Shown here: one piece after another, positions 7,658 to 17,320 of the stretch | How positions within the stretch are numbered: position 1 is the first letter of the stretch | Layout of the letters: every line of letters begins with the position of its first letter | NCBI GenBank assembly: GCA_021737445.1 | Contig: JAIPDY010000001.1 | Location: forward strand, 1-44,341 | From: Desulfotignum sp. | Lineage (GTDB): Bacteria; Desulfobacterota; Desulfobacteria; Desulfobacterales; Desulfobacteraceae | Direction of reading: 5' to 3' | Length of the DNA stretch: 44,341 nt | Position numbers and translations under genes: made by a program | The notes under the pieces: model-generated | What the model saw: only the letters and a program-made list of their open reading frames with translations | What the model was told of the DNA's origin: nothing | Databases searched by the model: none

Positions 7658-8260
7658 TCACTGTTTTGATTGCTCCGGTGCCGGCACATCCCCTTTGAGC
7701 CCGATCTCTTCCGCCACCGGCTGCATGCCGGCAATCACTTCGGTGATCAGGTCAGACAGGTCCATGTCCAGCATGGCAGCCCCTTTTTTGATCACCTCCC
7801 GGTCCACGCCGGCGGCAAACGCCTTGTCCTTGAATTTTTTTTTCACAGATTTGGCTTTGATGTCCAGAATACTTTTCGAGGGTCTGACCAGGGCGGAACT
7901 GGCTACCAGGCCGGTGAGTTCGTCTATGGCGTACAGGGTTTTTTCCAAAGGGGTCTGGGGTTCGACATCGGTACAGATTTCCCATCCATGACTGATGACC
8001 GCCCGGATATAGTCATCCGGCCAGTTGTGTGCTTTGAAAATTTCCACACATTTATGACAGTGTTCCTCCGGGAACTGTTCATAATCCAGGTCATGGACCA
8101 GGCCGATGACCCGCCATTTTTCCTCATCTTCACCAAACTTTTTTGCAAAATGGGCCATGACCGCTTCCACGGCCAGGGCATGTCGTATCAGGCCCGGTTT
8201 CTGGTTGTATTTTTTCAATAGCGTCAATGCATCATTTCGGTTCGGGATAAAATCAGTCAT
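7658..8260 (-). CDS. HD/HDIG-domain hydrolase
   Basis: 'LIRHALAVEAVM', 'GLVHDLDYE', 'LYAIDELTGL', 'KDKAFAAGVDR'. Confidence 0.85.
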   Translation of the reverse strand: MTDFIPNRNDALTLLKKYNQKPGLIRHALAVEAVMAHFAKKFGEDEEKWRVIGLVHDLDYEQFPEEHCHKCVEIFKAHNWPDDYIRAVISHGWEICTDVEPQTPLEKTLYAIDELTGLVASSALVRPSKSILDIKAKSVKKKFKDKAFAAGVDREVIKKGAAMLDMDLSDLITEVIAGMQPVAEEIGLKGDVPAPEQSKQ

Positions 8261-8284
8261 GACCATTCCTTAAATTTTATGTTT

Positions 8285-9157
8285 TTAATCTCCGGTCACA
8301 AAAATGACCCGGCACTGTTTTAAAAACAGGTGCCGTTCTGTTGCCTGTTCAAGCTGTTTGGCATCTGCCATGCTGATTACAATGGCGGTATTTTTCTTGC
8401 CGGATTTTCTCAGGCCCTTGAGCACCAAAGGATGGCTGCCCACACGCGGGTCCTGAAGGGCGCTGTCCATGTCACACAAATACTTGCAGACCCCTTGCTG
8501 CACGGCAAATTCCCGGCTGATGAAGACAGCGGAATAGATCGTGCGGCCCTGTTCACTGACAATGACCGGGTAGAGCACCGGTTCAAAACCCAGCCCCCGG
8601 ATGTCCAGAATCAGCCCGGTAAAAGGGATTTTCCCCGGGTCGGTCTGAGCATTTGGACCGATGTCTGGATTGATTTTCGGAATCTGTCGTATGTCATCAG
8701 GCAGGACCAGTTGGAGGAATCCACCGAAAATCCGGGTTTGAACCGTTAATTCTACATCCATGGCTGAGGTGTAATATTGACGGATGATGACAGCATCCCG
8801 GGCGGTTTTTTCGATTCCCGCCAGGATGGCATCATTCCCTGCGGCATACTGCCCCACTTTTAAATCATTGTGTATCCTGATTCCCTTTAAAATATCAATG
8901 AGCCGGCGGTTGGCATCTGCCCGGGCAGACCCGGGGTCAGCTTCATGAATGTTGTCTTTGTTTGTTCTGGGCTCGGCCCTGCCGGTGGCGGTTATTGTGC
9001 CGGTGGTCCAGTTGATGGTTCCCCGGTCCAGGGATGTGATGCAATGATGGTTTTTAAAAACCTGGTCACCAGATGCCGGGACTGAAAAGGCCGCCGCCCA
9101 TAAACAGACCCATAAAAATAACCAGATCAGACGTATGGCAGGGGCAAAAGATGTCAT
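8285..9157 (-). CDS. Exported hypothetical protein (LPP20-like family)
   Basis: Signal peptide, 'GTINWTTGTITATG', 'ARADANRRL' and 'FTGLILDIRGL'. Translationally coupled to mobB. Confidence 0.6.
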   Translation of the reverse strand: MTSFAPAIRLIWLFLWVCLWAAAFSVPASGDQVFKNHHCITSLDRGTINWTTGTITATGRAEPRTNKDNIHEADPGSARADANRRLIDILKGIRIHNDLKVGQYAAGNDAILAGIEKTARDAVIIRQYYTSAMDVELTVQTRIFGGFLQLVLPDDIRQIPKINPDIGPNAQTDPGKIPFTGLILDIRGLGFEPVLYPVIVSEQGRTIYSAVFISREFAVQQGVCKYLCDMDSALQDPRVGSHPLVLKGLRKSGKKNTAIVISMADAKQLEQATERHLFLKQCRVIFVTGD

Positions 9158-9651
9158 TTGTGTCCTAAATAGCGTTCCTGGATAAACGATGCCACAGATA
9201 CCACGTCTTCCAGTCCGAATATGGGTACCGGCGGGGTGAATGTTGCGTCGGTAACAAAGGCGATAAGGTCAGGGCTGTCCAGACACAACGGGTATTCATG
9301 GGGGCCGCCGGCCCGGAACACTTCAATTTTTGGCAACGGCTGGCGTTTGAACCCTTCAGCCAGGATCAGGTCCATATCTGACAGATAAAACCGCATTTTT
9401 TCAATGTCTGAACCGAGGTCATCTTTGACCAGGGCGATTTTTTTATCTGTGACCACCAGAGTGGCCTGGGCGCCTGCCTTTTTATGGCGCCAGCTGTCTT
9501 TTCCCTTGTTGTCCAGTTCAAAGCCGTCATGCGTGTGTTTGACAGATCCGATGCGGTACCCCCTGTGGGTGAGTTCAGCGATCAGTTTTTCAAGAAATGT
9601 GGTTTTTCCGGCGTTGGATTTTCCAGCTATGGAGATAATCAAAGGGGTCAT
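9154..9651 (-). CDS. mobB: Molybdopterin-guanine dinucleotide biosynthesis protein B
   Basis: P-loop 'GKSNAGKTT', 'VKHTH', 'GKDSWRHKKAGA', 'ILAEGFK...PKIEV'. Confidence 0.92.
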   Translation of the reverse strand: MTPLIISIAGKSNAGKTTFLEKLIAELTHRGYRIGSVKHTHDGFELDNKGKDSWRHKKAGAQATLVVTDKKIALVKDDLGSDIEKMRFYLSDMDLILAEGFKRQPLPKIEVFRAGGPHEYPLCLDSPDLIAFVTDATFTPPVPIFGLEDVVSVASFIQERYLGHK

Positions 9652-9841
9652 CTGCTGTTTTTCTTTGCTGCTATGGGTTAAGTTTTCCTAAAATAGTGCC
9701 CATGACAGGGAAAGTCAAGGCCAGGCAGTCTGGTCTGGATATGGTTTTGGCTTGCAATGAATGCAAAAGGATAGTATGTAGATTTTTTAAAATTATTGAT
9801 ATAAAAAAAGTGGTTTATTGCAAAATATTTGGATTGAATTG

Positions 9842-10447
9842 ATGGAATATAAAAAGAATATTGCTCTTATCGGCATGCCGGCTGTGGGCAAAAGCACAGT
9901 GGGGGTGCTGCTGGCCAAAAAATTGGGGTTTGATTTCATGGATACAGATATCCTCATCCAGGCAAAAGAGCAGAAAACCCTTGCCCAGATCATTGCATGT
10001 CACGGCATGGAACAATTTCTGGAAATCGAAAAACAGCATCTTCTTGAAATCGGCTGTAAAAATCATGTGATTGCCACAGGCGGCAGTGTGATATATAAAC
10101 CCGAGGCCATGCACCATCTTGCAAAAACCTGTGTAAAGGTGTATCTGTCCATTGAACTGGATACCCTTAAAAGCCGGCTGTCTGATGTGATTACCCGGGG
10201 GGTGGCCATTGCACCGGGAAAAAGTATTGATGATCTGTATAAGGAAAGAATCCCGTTGTATGACACCTATGCAGACCTGACTGTTCATTGCGGTAAAATG
10301 GTCCCGGAGCAGTTGGTGGCTGCGGTCCTCAACTCTCTTCCAGCTGATAAGGGTGTTCTGCGGCCACCTGGTTCAGCCGGAAAAAAACAGGTGGTTGTAA
10401 ACCTTCCGAATTTTACCGGACGATTATTTCCTGAACCGCTCCCTTAA
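9842..10447 (+). CDS. aroK: Shikimate kinase (AroK/AroL family)
   Basis: 'NIALIGMPAVGKSTVG', 'DTD', 'VIATGGS', 'ERIPLY'. Start placed at ATG 9842. Confidence 0.85.
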   Translation: MEYKKNIALIGMPAVGKSTVGVLLAKKLGFDFMDTDILIQAKEQKTLAQIIACHGMEQFLEIEKQHLLEIGCKNHVIATGGSVIYKPEAMHHLAKTCVKVYLSIELDTLKSRLSDVITRGVAIAPGKSIDDLYKERIPLYDTYADLTVHCGKMVPEQLVAAVLNSLPADKGVLRPPGSAGKKQVVVNLPNFTGRLFPEPLP

Positions 10448-11114
10448 TGACGGTTTTCAGTGCCTGGATATCCTGATTTGAAAAAAAACGGTCCGGGTGT
10501 TGTGAAAAATGCGGATCCAGCATGGAAACATGGCGGATACATTTTTGAAGCACATACCGCCTGGCTCCTCTGATCTGCCGGATGATCTGTTTCATGATGC
10601 TGGTATCGATAAACGGCCTGACACAGGTGGTGCGAAATTCATAGGCCGGGACCCTGGCCATTATGAGATCTATGCTTTCCTGGATGGCATCCACGTTGGG
10701 ATGATCTTTCATGATTTCAGGATACAGGCTGGGAGCGGTTTTGATATCCATGGCCACATAATCCACCAGGGATCGGTCCAGCAGATGTGCCAGCACTTCC
10801 GGCCGGGAGCCGTTGGTGTCCAGCTTGACGGCCAATCCCATATGCCTGATTCGAAGGATAAAATCTGTCAGATCCGGCTGCAGGCAGGGTTCGCCCCCGG
10901 TGATCACCACCCCGTCCACCAGGTTTTTTCTGGATGCAAGAAAGGAAAAGATCTCTTCTGCATCAAGGCCTTTGCTCCCGGTGACCGAACCGGAAGCCAG
11001 ATCTGGATTGTGGCAGTAAGGGCAGGAAAAATTGCACCCCGTGGTAAAGACCACACAGGCCACTGTCCCTGGAAAATCGATCAGGGAGTTTTTCTGAAAT
11101 CCGCCGATGTGCAC
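10413..11114 (-). CDS. nrdG: Anaerobic ribonucleotide reductase activating radical SAM protein
   Basis: 'GCNFSCPYCHN' (CxxxCxxC), 'ITGGEP', 'KLDTNG'. Directly downstream of nrdD. Confidence 0.92.
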   Translation of the reverse strand: MHIGGFQKNSLIDFPGTVACVVFTTGCNFSCPYCHNPDLASGSVTGSKGLDAEEIFSFLASRKNLVDGVVITGGEPCLQPDLTDFILRIRHMGLAVKLDTNGSRPEVLAHLLDRSLVDYVAMDIKTAPSLYPEIMKDHPNVDAIQESIDLIMARVPAYEFRTTCVRPFIDTSIMKQIIRQIRGARRYVLQKCIRHVSMLDPHFSQHPDRFFSNQDIQALKTVIKGAVQEIIVR

Positions 11115-11119
11115 GGTGT

Positions 11120-13219
11120 TTATGCCACTTTAAAGGTCTTGCGCATGGCAAATTCGGTCTGCTTGCCGTTGTTCCACTGGCCCACGGGCCGCAGGTATCC
11201 CACCACCCTGGAGTAGATTTCCGTGTCTGCATGGCAGGTGTCGCACTGCACATGTTCTCCGGCAATATATCCGTGGGCCGGACAGATGGAAAAGGTGGGG
11301 GTCAGGGTGAAATAGGGCAGTTTGAATGTGTTGGATACCTTGTTCACCAGCTGTTTGACCACTTCGATGTCGCTGACTTCTTCTCCGAGAAACAGGTGCT
11401 GGACCGTGCCGCCGGTATATTTGGTCTGGAGGGGGTCCTGGAGTTCCAGAGCCTCGAAAAGATCATCCGTGTAATTCACCGGCAGGTGGGTGGAGTTGGT
11501 ATAAAACGGGTCTTTGCCCTGCTGAAATGCTGCTTCATTGGCACAGATGATATCTGAAAATCTCTTTTTGTCCAGATTGGCGAACCGGTAGGTGGTGCCT
11601 TCTGCCGGGGTGGCTTCCAGGTTGAAGATTTCATCGGTCTGGGCCTGAAGGGCCTCAATCTTTTCGCGTATATGGTCCATGACCCGCACGGCAAAGGCCT
11701 GCCCCCCGGGCGTGGCAATACCCTGGTCCATGAAGTTGACACAGGCTTCATTCATGCCCAGAATGCCGATGGTGGAAAAATGGTTGCGCCAGAACACCCC
11801 GGTGCTTTCCTTGATTTTTCTCAGATAGAATTTGGAATAGGGATACAGATCTCCATTGGTGAATTTTTCCAGAATTTTGCGCTTGATGCTCAAGGATTCG
11901 GCCGCAATCTGGATCAGCTTGTCCAGGCGCTGGAAAAAACCGGTTTCATCTTCGGCCAGATACCCGATCCTGGGCAGGTTCAGGGTGACCACACCGATGG
12001 ACCCGGTCAAAGGATTGGCACCAAACAGGCCCCCGCCCCGTTTGCGCAGCTCCCGGTTGTCCAGGCGCAGGCGGCAGCACATGGATCTGGCATCTTCGGG
12101 TGACATGTCGGAGTTGACAAAATTGGAAAAATAGGGGATCCCGTATTTGCCGGTCATTTTCCAGACATTTTCCAGGTTTGGGTTGTGCCAGTCAAAGTCC
12201 CGGGTGATGTTGTAGGTGGGAATGGGAAAGGTAAACACCCGGCCCTTGGCATCCCCTTCCATCATGACCGCGGCAAAGGCGGCGTTGATCATGTCCATCT
12301 CTTCCTGAAAGGCGGCATAGGTGTCTTCTCTGTATTTTCCGCCGATGATGACAGAAGAATCCTTGAGGGTGGCAGGTACATTCAGGTCCATGGTAATATT
12401 GGTGAACGGGGTCTGAAATCCCACCCTTGTGGGAATGTTGATATTAAAGACAAATTCCTGGAGGGCCTGTTTGACCTCTTTGTAGCTGAGGTTGTCCTCT
12501 CTGACAAACGGGGCCAGCAGGGTGTCGAAATTGGACATGGCCTGGGCACCGGCTGCTTCCCCCTGGAGGGTATAAAAAAAGTTGACGATCTGGCCCAAAG
12601 CGCTTCTAAAATGTTTGGGCGGAGAGGATTCCACCTTACCGGCCACGCCTTTGAATCCCTCCAAGAGCAGATCCTGCAGGTCCCATCCCACGCAGTAGAC
12701 AGACAGCAAACTTAAGTCATGGATATGGATGTCACCTGCGTAATGGGCTTCCCTGACCGCCGGGGGATAGATTTTGTTGAGCCAGTATTCTGCGGTGATG
12801 TCTGAGGATATGTAGTTGTTCAGGCCCTGGAGAGAATAGCTCATGTTGCTGTTTTCCTTGACCTTCCAGTCCATCTGAGAGATATAGGACTCCATGAGGT
12901 CCACATTTTCCCGGATGGCGATCTTCCGGATCTGGTTGTGCTGTTCCCGGTAGATGATGTAGGCTTTGGCGGTTTTGTAAAACGGGGAATCCAGCAGTAC
13001 CCGCTCCACAATATCCTGGATCTCCTCCACCTCCGGCACCGGTCCCAGCTGCAGGTCCCGGGCCAGGGTGAGGACCCTGAGGGTCAGCCTTCTGGCTTCC
13101 CTGCCGTTGAACTCTCCGGTTGCTTTGCCTGCCTTTTCAATGGCACTGGTTATTTTGGAAGAATCAAATACAGATATCCGTCCGTCCCGTTTTTTTATTT
13201 GCTCAAACATTGGTTCCAC
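11120..13219 (-). CDS. nrdD: Class III (anaerobic) ribonucleoside-triphosphate reductase with ATP cone
   Basis: ATP cone 'IKKRDGR', 'SMCCRL', 'LEATPAEGT', Zn site CPAHG...CDTC, glycyl-radical loop 'YSRVVGYLRPV'. Start is GTG 13219 or ATG 13210. Confidence 0.95.
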   Translation of the reverse strand: MEPMFEQIKKRDGRISVFDSSKITSAIEKAGKATGEFNGREARRLTLRVLTLARDLQLGPVPEVEEIQDIVERVLLDSPFYKTAKAYIIYREQHNQIRKIAIRENVDLMESYISQMDWKVKENSNMSYSLQGLNNYISSDITAEYWLNKIYPPAVREAHYAGDIHIHDLSLLSVYCVGWDLQDLLLEGFKGVAGKVESSPPKHFRSALGQIVNFFYTLQGEAAGAQAMSNFDTLLAPFVREDNLSYKEVKQALQEFVFNINIPTRVGFQTPFTNITMDLNVPATLKDSSVIIGGKYREDTYAAFQEEMDMINAAFAAVMMEGDAKGRVFTFPIPTYNITRDFDWHNPNLENVWKMTGKYGIPYFSNFVNSDMSPEDARSMCCRLRLDNRELRKRGGGLFGANPLTGSIGVVTLNLPRIGYLAEDETGFFQRLDKLIQIAAESLSIKRKILEKFTNGDLYPYSKFYLRKIKESTGVFWRNHFSTIGILGMNEACVNFMDQGIATPGGQAFAVRVMDHIREKIEALQAQTDEIFNLEATPAEGTTYRFANLDKKRFSDIICANEAAFQQGKDPFYTNSTHLPVNYTDDLFEALELQDPLQTKYTGGTVQHLFLGEEVSDIEVVKQLVNKVSNTFKLPYFTLTPTFSICPAHGYIAGEHVQCDTCHADTEIYSRVVGYLRPVGQWNNGKQTEFAMRKTFKVA

Positions 13220-13308
13220 CCCTTGAAATCAGATTGAAATTGGCATATTCTCAGCATGTTGCCACCTTAGGCCCTGACTGGGTTTGTGTGGCTGATGTTG
13301 ATTAAATT

Positions 13309-13356
13309 AGCCAATATATTGTTGTTTGTCAATAGGAAAAATACTATATATAGTGG
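13309..13356. promoter_or_regulatory. Tandem NrdR boxes
   Basis: AGCCAATATATTGTTG (13309-13324) and ATACTATATATAGTGG (13341-13356) fit the NrdR consensus acaCwAtATaTwGtgt. They are 32 bp apart and upstream of nrdD. Confidence 0.8.
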
Positions 13357-13392
13357 TAATGGCAGAAAAACCATAAAAAGATTCACATACTC

Positions 13393-13641
13393 ATGCTTCT
13401 GGATCAAAATCCCTTTTTCAGAAAGACCATTGCCCCCTGGTATGATTCCAATCCAGCCTGCTGGATTTTGATGGGATTTCTGCTTCTGGTTTTTGTATTT
13501 GCTCTGGCTGGTGTGGCCGTGGCATGTGCGGACCCGGCCCTGGCTGATCATGTATGGTTCCCGGTCATGCTGGCGGTTCTGTCTTTTATTCTGACAGTTA
13601 AAATATTTTTCAGGTTGCGGCTGCGGGACAAAAATGACTGA
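13393..13641 (+). CDS. Small two-TM membrane protein
   Basis: 82 aa, 'DQNPFFRKTIAPWYDS', two hydrophobic helices and a basic tail. Confidence 0.7.
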   Translation: MLLDQNPFFRKTIAPWYDSNPACWILMGFLLLVFVFALAGVAVACADPALADHVWFPVMLAVLSFILTVKIFFRLRLRDKND

Positions 13642-13653
13642 ACAGGCCGGACT

Positions 13654-14241
13654 TTAAGGCTGAATCAGCAGTTCCAGCAGATGGTGGAGAATTTTGGCGG
13701 TCACCCCCCAGATCACCACATCTTCAAAAGGATAGGTCAGGTCCATTACAGAGAGTTTTTTCCCGATATATCTTTTTTCCTGGTGCAGGGTTATCAAATG
13801 GTCCACAGGGATCTGGAGAATCCGGCCGATTTCAGCTGGATCAGGCCGGATGGCATCCTGCTGGTTCCAGATACCCGCAAATGCCTGGATATCTTTGTCA
13901 TTAATGGTCTGGAAATGGCCGATGGAGCCTATGACTTCCACATTATCAGGATGAATGCCCAGTTCCTCCTTCAGCTCCCGCAAAGCGGTTTCCAAAGGGT
14001 GCGCATCTGTTTTGTCCACATGCCCTCCGGGGAAGGCCATCTGATTGCGCCAGGGATATCCGGCCACATCAGCTTTCTGGATGAACAACAGTTCCGGCGT
14101 TTTCTGATTGAACAAAAACAGAACCATGACAGCGGTGGGATCAAACCGGTCCGGATCAGGGAGAGATGGATTAACCGCGCAACCCAATGCTGTAATTATC
14201 TTTTGCCGGCATCTGGTTTTATCCATCGTTTTTTCTTTCAT
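13654..14241 (-). CDS. Nudix hydrolase (CoA pyrophosphatase, NudL-like)
   Basis: 'QMAFPGG...TALRELKEELG' Nudix box and 'IWGVTA'. Confidence 0.88.
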   Translation of the reverse strand: MKEKTMDKTRCRQKIITALGCAVNPSLPDPDRFDPTAVMVLFLFNQKTPELLFIQKADVAGYPWRNQMAFPGGHVDKTDAHPLETALRELKEELGIHPDNVEVIGSIGHFQTINDKDIQAFAGIWNQQDAIRPDPAEIGRILQIPVDHLITLHQEKRYIGKKLSVMDLTYPFEDVVIWGVTAKILHHLLELLIQP

Positions 14242-14265
14242 AAATAGCCAGTGATGCCGGAAAGT

Positions 14266-15759
14266 TTAAGTGCCTGTTTTTTCAAATCCCACAACTTCAA
14301 CAGTAAAATTTTCAAGGTTTTTCGGCAAATCTGAAAATACAAGCATGAAAGGGACCGTGTCATTGGGCTGCACATTGACATTGGTATCGGCCGTTCCCCG
14401 GGGGAGTTTCAATTGGGCCATGATGTCCGGGATGTTACCGGTTTTTAAATCATTTTCAGGCACAATATTACCGCAGTAAGCGGTCTGGGTCACGGCTGCG
14501 ATTTTTTCTTTCTGGAACAAAGTCCCCTTAACCTGGATATGGCTGTAAGGGATATGGGACGGGTTTTCAATTTTACCGGTTATGATAAACAGTTCACCTG
14601 CGGTGTCATTGGTGACAAAGCGGCCGGTTACACTTTTTTGATCCGGAACCGGCTCTGATGCCGGTAATGGTTCAGCCGTTTCCCGGGACAGGTATTGCTG
14701 GATAAATGGAATCTTGATTTCAGGCAGAAAAGGGATTTTGTATCCCATGCCGATGGCGGCAATATAACCACCGGCAGCAAGTAAAAATATCAGCAGCAGT
14801 AACAGGACAGGGGTACCCAGGACCGGCTGTTTTTGGGGGGGAGCATCAAGATCGTCCGCCATTTCAACCGCCGGGTCCAAGGGCTGGATCAGTGATGCCC
14901 GGGCCGGCCTTCTTGGAGGAGGTGCTGTATGGGAAGAATCATCAATTTTTGACATGTCATGGTCTGTATCATCCAGATCATCTTCGTCAAAATCCCTGTC
15001 ATCAAATTCATCACCGATATCCAGGTCATCTTCTTCATCCAGGCTGGTTTTTTCCAGAAAGTCATCATCCAGCATCGCCTGATCCGGGATATCTTTTTCA
15101 TCCAGGTCAAATGACAGATCAAAGTCAGATATGTCGTCTTCTGGTTCCGGATCCGGTCTATCCTCAGTTGCCGGCCCTGTTTCCCTGTCAGCATCTTCAT
15201 CAGTATCAGTCAATGCCAATGTTTCAGATGGTGTTTCCTGGTCTGGTGTTTCTGGTGCTGAATCCATCTCCAGGCCGGATAACAGATCGGGTTCATCTGC
15301 TTTAACGGTTTCTTGTGTTTCACCGGAATCCATCGCATTCAGTTCCAGTTCATCTGAATCAAAATCTATCTGTCTGTCATCTTCGGTTTCAAAATTGATC
15401 TCTGTTTCCAGGTCAAAATCAGTGTCTTCATCCTCAAAATCAATTTCAATATCTGCCTGGCTTGAATCCTGATTCAGATCTTCATCAAAGTCAGTATCAT
15501 CAAAATCAAGGGTGATGTCCGATTCAACGTCATCCATTTCCTGGTCCCTGGATTCCGGAAGGACTTCCTGGGGGGCATCAAATTGCAGGTCAGCAACTGA
15601 CAAAGGCTCAGGTTCCAGATCAGTGCCGGCATCAGCAAGTGGCGGGAACGCTTTAAATACGTGTCTGCACATGCTGCAACGCACTTTGGATCCTTGTGGC
15701 TTCAGTAAGGATTCATCAAGTCTAAAGCTTGTTGCGCACTCGTCACAGGTGATAATCAT
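14266..15759 (-). CDS. MJ0042-type zinc-ribbon / DUF3426 domain membrane protein
   Basis: 'MIITCDECATSFRL...KVRCSMCRHVF', a long acidic linker, one TM helix and a C-terminal periplasmic domain. Confidence 0.8.
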   Translation of the reverse strand: MIITCDECATSFRLDESLLKPQGSKVRCSMCRHVFKAFPPLADAGTDLEPEPLSVADLQFDAPQEVLPESRDQEMDDVESDITLDFDDTDFDEDLNQDSSQADIEIDFEDEDTDFDLETEINFETEDDRQIDFDSDELELNAMDSGETQETVKADEPDLLSGLEMDSAPETPDQETPSETLALTDTDEDADRETGPATEDRPDPEPEDDISDFDLSFDLDEKDIPDQAMLDDDFLEKTSLDEEDDLDIGDEFDDRDFDEDDLDDTDHDMSKIDDSSHTAPPPRRPARASLIQPLDPAVEMADDLDAPPQKQPVLGTPVLLLLLIFLLAAGGYIAAIGMGYKIPFLPEIKIPFIQQYLSRETAEPLPASEPVPDQKSVTGRFVTNDTAGELFIITGKIENPSHIPYSHIQVKGTLFQKEKIAAVTQTAYCGNIVPENDLKTGNIPDIMAQLKLPRGTADTNVNVQPNDTVPFMLVFSDLPKNLENFTVEVVGFEKTGT

Positions 15760-15771
15760 GGTGCGTCCCCC

Positions 15772-16287
15772 TTATAATTTCAAATCATAGATTTCAGACA
15801 TGTTTCTGTATTTTTCATTATAATCCAGTCCATAACCGACAATAAATCCTTTTTCAAGGGAAAAACAGGCATATTTTACATCAATTTTATTTTTTCGCCG
15901 TTCATGCTTGTCAATGAGGGTGCAGATATTCAGGGATCTGGGGTTGAGGAGATTGATAAACTCAACGATTTTGCACAAAGTGCTGCCGGTGTCCACAATA
16001 TCTTCCACCAGCAGGATGTCCCGGTCTTTGAATTCCAGATCAGGCTGTTTGGTGAACACAATCTGACCGGTGGAATGGGTGCCTTCATAGGAAGAGGCGC
16101 CTATAAAATCAATTTCATGGTCCACACCTATCTGACGGGAAAGGTCTGCCATAAAAATAAAGGCCCCTTTTAAAATCCCCACCAGTATGAGATCTTTGTC
16201 CTGATAGTCCCGGGTGATCTGTTCTCCGATTTCCCGGATTCGTGCCTGGATGGCCTGCCGGGAAATCAATGGAATAAAGTCAGGCAT
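15772..16287 (-). CDS. hpt: Hypoxanthine phosphoribosyltransferase
   Basis: 'GILKGAFIFMADL', 'LLVEDIVDTGST', 'FIVGYGLDY'. Confidence 0.95.
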   Translation of the reverse strand: MPDFIPLISRQAIQARIREIGEQITRDYQDKDLILVGILKGAFIFMADLSRQIGVDHEIDFIGASSYEGTHSTGQIVFTKQPDLEFKDRDILLVEDIVDTGSTLCKIVEFINLLNPRSLNICTLIDKHERRKNKIDVKYACFSLEKGFIVGYGLDYNEKYRNMSEIYDLKL

Positions 16288-16293
16288 GGTGCG

Positions 16294-17241
16294 CTACAAC
16301 CCTGTGGTTTTAAGTTCCTGGATCAGTTTTTTCTGCTTGTCGGTCATTTTTTTGGGCATCTCTATATTAATCACAACAAACAGATCTCCGCAACCATTTC
16401 CTTTCATATGGGGAATGCCGTGTCCGGGCAGGCGCATTCTGGCCTTGTGACTGGTACCGGCAGGCAGTGTCAGGTTCATGGTTTTTCCGGACGGGGTGGG
16501 GATTTCCAGCTTGTCTCCCAGCAGTGCCTGGGTCAGTTTCACAGACTTGGTCAAAAATACATCGTTTCCATCAATGGTGAATCCGCCGGCAGGCACTGGG
16601 TTGGATTTTATGTACAGGTTTCCGGCCGGTCCGCCATGGGGCGAGGCCTCCCCTTTGCCGGGGAGCCGGATTTTCTTTCCCCTGGTTAATCCTTTGGGAA
16701 TAGTGACCTCAATCGCATTGGTGGTACCGTCCTGGCTGATGGTGATGGTTTTTTTTGTGCCATGAATCAGCTCCTCTAAGGTCAGGGGAATTTCATATTC
16801 AATGTCTTTGCCCGGGGTTCGGGGCTGTGTCTGCTGCTGGCCGAAACCGCCTCCCATATTCTGGAAAAAAGGGTTGCCGCCGGAAAAACCGGAGCGGCCC
16901 CGGGGGCCGGCCTGGCCGAACGAAGCGGAAAATCCGCCCCGGCCTCCGCCAAAGCCAAATTCTTTCAAAATATCTCCCAGATCAAAATTTCTGAAAATAT
17001 CTTCCTGGGAATACCTTTGCTGGAAATCAGCAGATCCATAGGTGTCATATTGTTTGCGTTTTTCAGGATCACTGAGCACGGCATAGGCTTCGCTGATCTT
17101 CTTGAATTTATCCTCCAGGGATTTATCCCCTTTGTTTTTGTCCGGATGGTATTTCATGGCAAGTTTGCGGTAAGCTTTTTTGATTTCCGCCGCACTTGCT
17201 GTTTTACTGATGCCCAGAATTTTGTAATAATCATCTGCCAT
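16294..17241 (-). CDS. DnaJ-class (CbpA-like, class B) co-chaperone
   Basis: J-domain 'KYHPDKN', G/F-rich region and DnaJ C-terminal domain, with no Zn-finger repeats. Confidence 0.9.
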   Translation of the reverse strand: MADDYYKILGISKTASAAEIKKAYRKLAMKYHPDKNKGDKSLEDKFKKISEAYAVLSDPEKRKQYDTYGSADFQQRYSQEDIFRNFDLGDILKEFGFGGGRGGFSASFGQAGPRGRSGFSGGNPFFQNMGGGFGQQQTQPRTPGKDIEYEIPLTLEELIHGTKKTITISQDGTTNAIEVTIPKGLTRGKKIRLPGKGEASPHGGPAGNLYIKSNPVPAGGFTIDGNDVFLTKSVKLTQALLGDKLEIPTPSGKTMNLTLPAGTSHKARMRLPGHGIPHMKGNGCGDLFVVINIEMPKKMTDKQKKLIQELKTTGL

Positions 17242-17320
17242 TTTTTTCCCTCACAACATCTAACATAAATTGTTTTTCAAACTGTTTTTATGGTAAATGA
17301 TAAGTGTCAACCTGTGCAAG

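Noticed and set aside
14900-15560. Tandem repeat or CRISPR-like pattern in the TCATC-rich stretch
   Set aside because: It reflects Asp/Glu codons of the acidic linker on the minus strand and has no fixed repeat-spacer periodicity.
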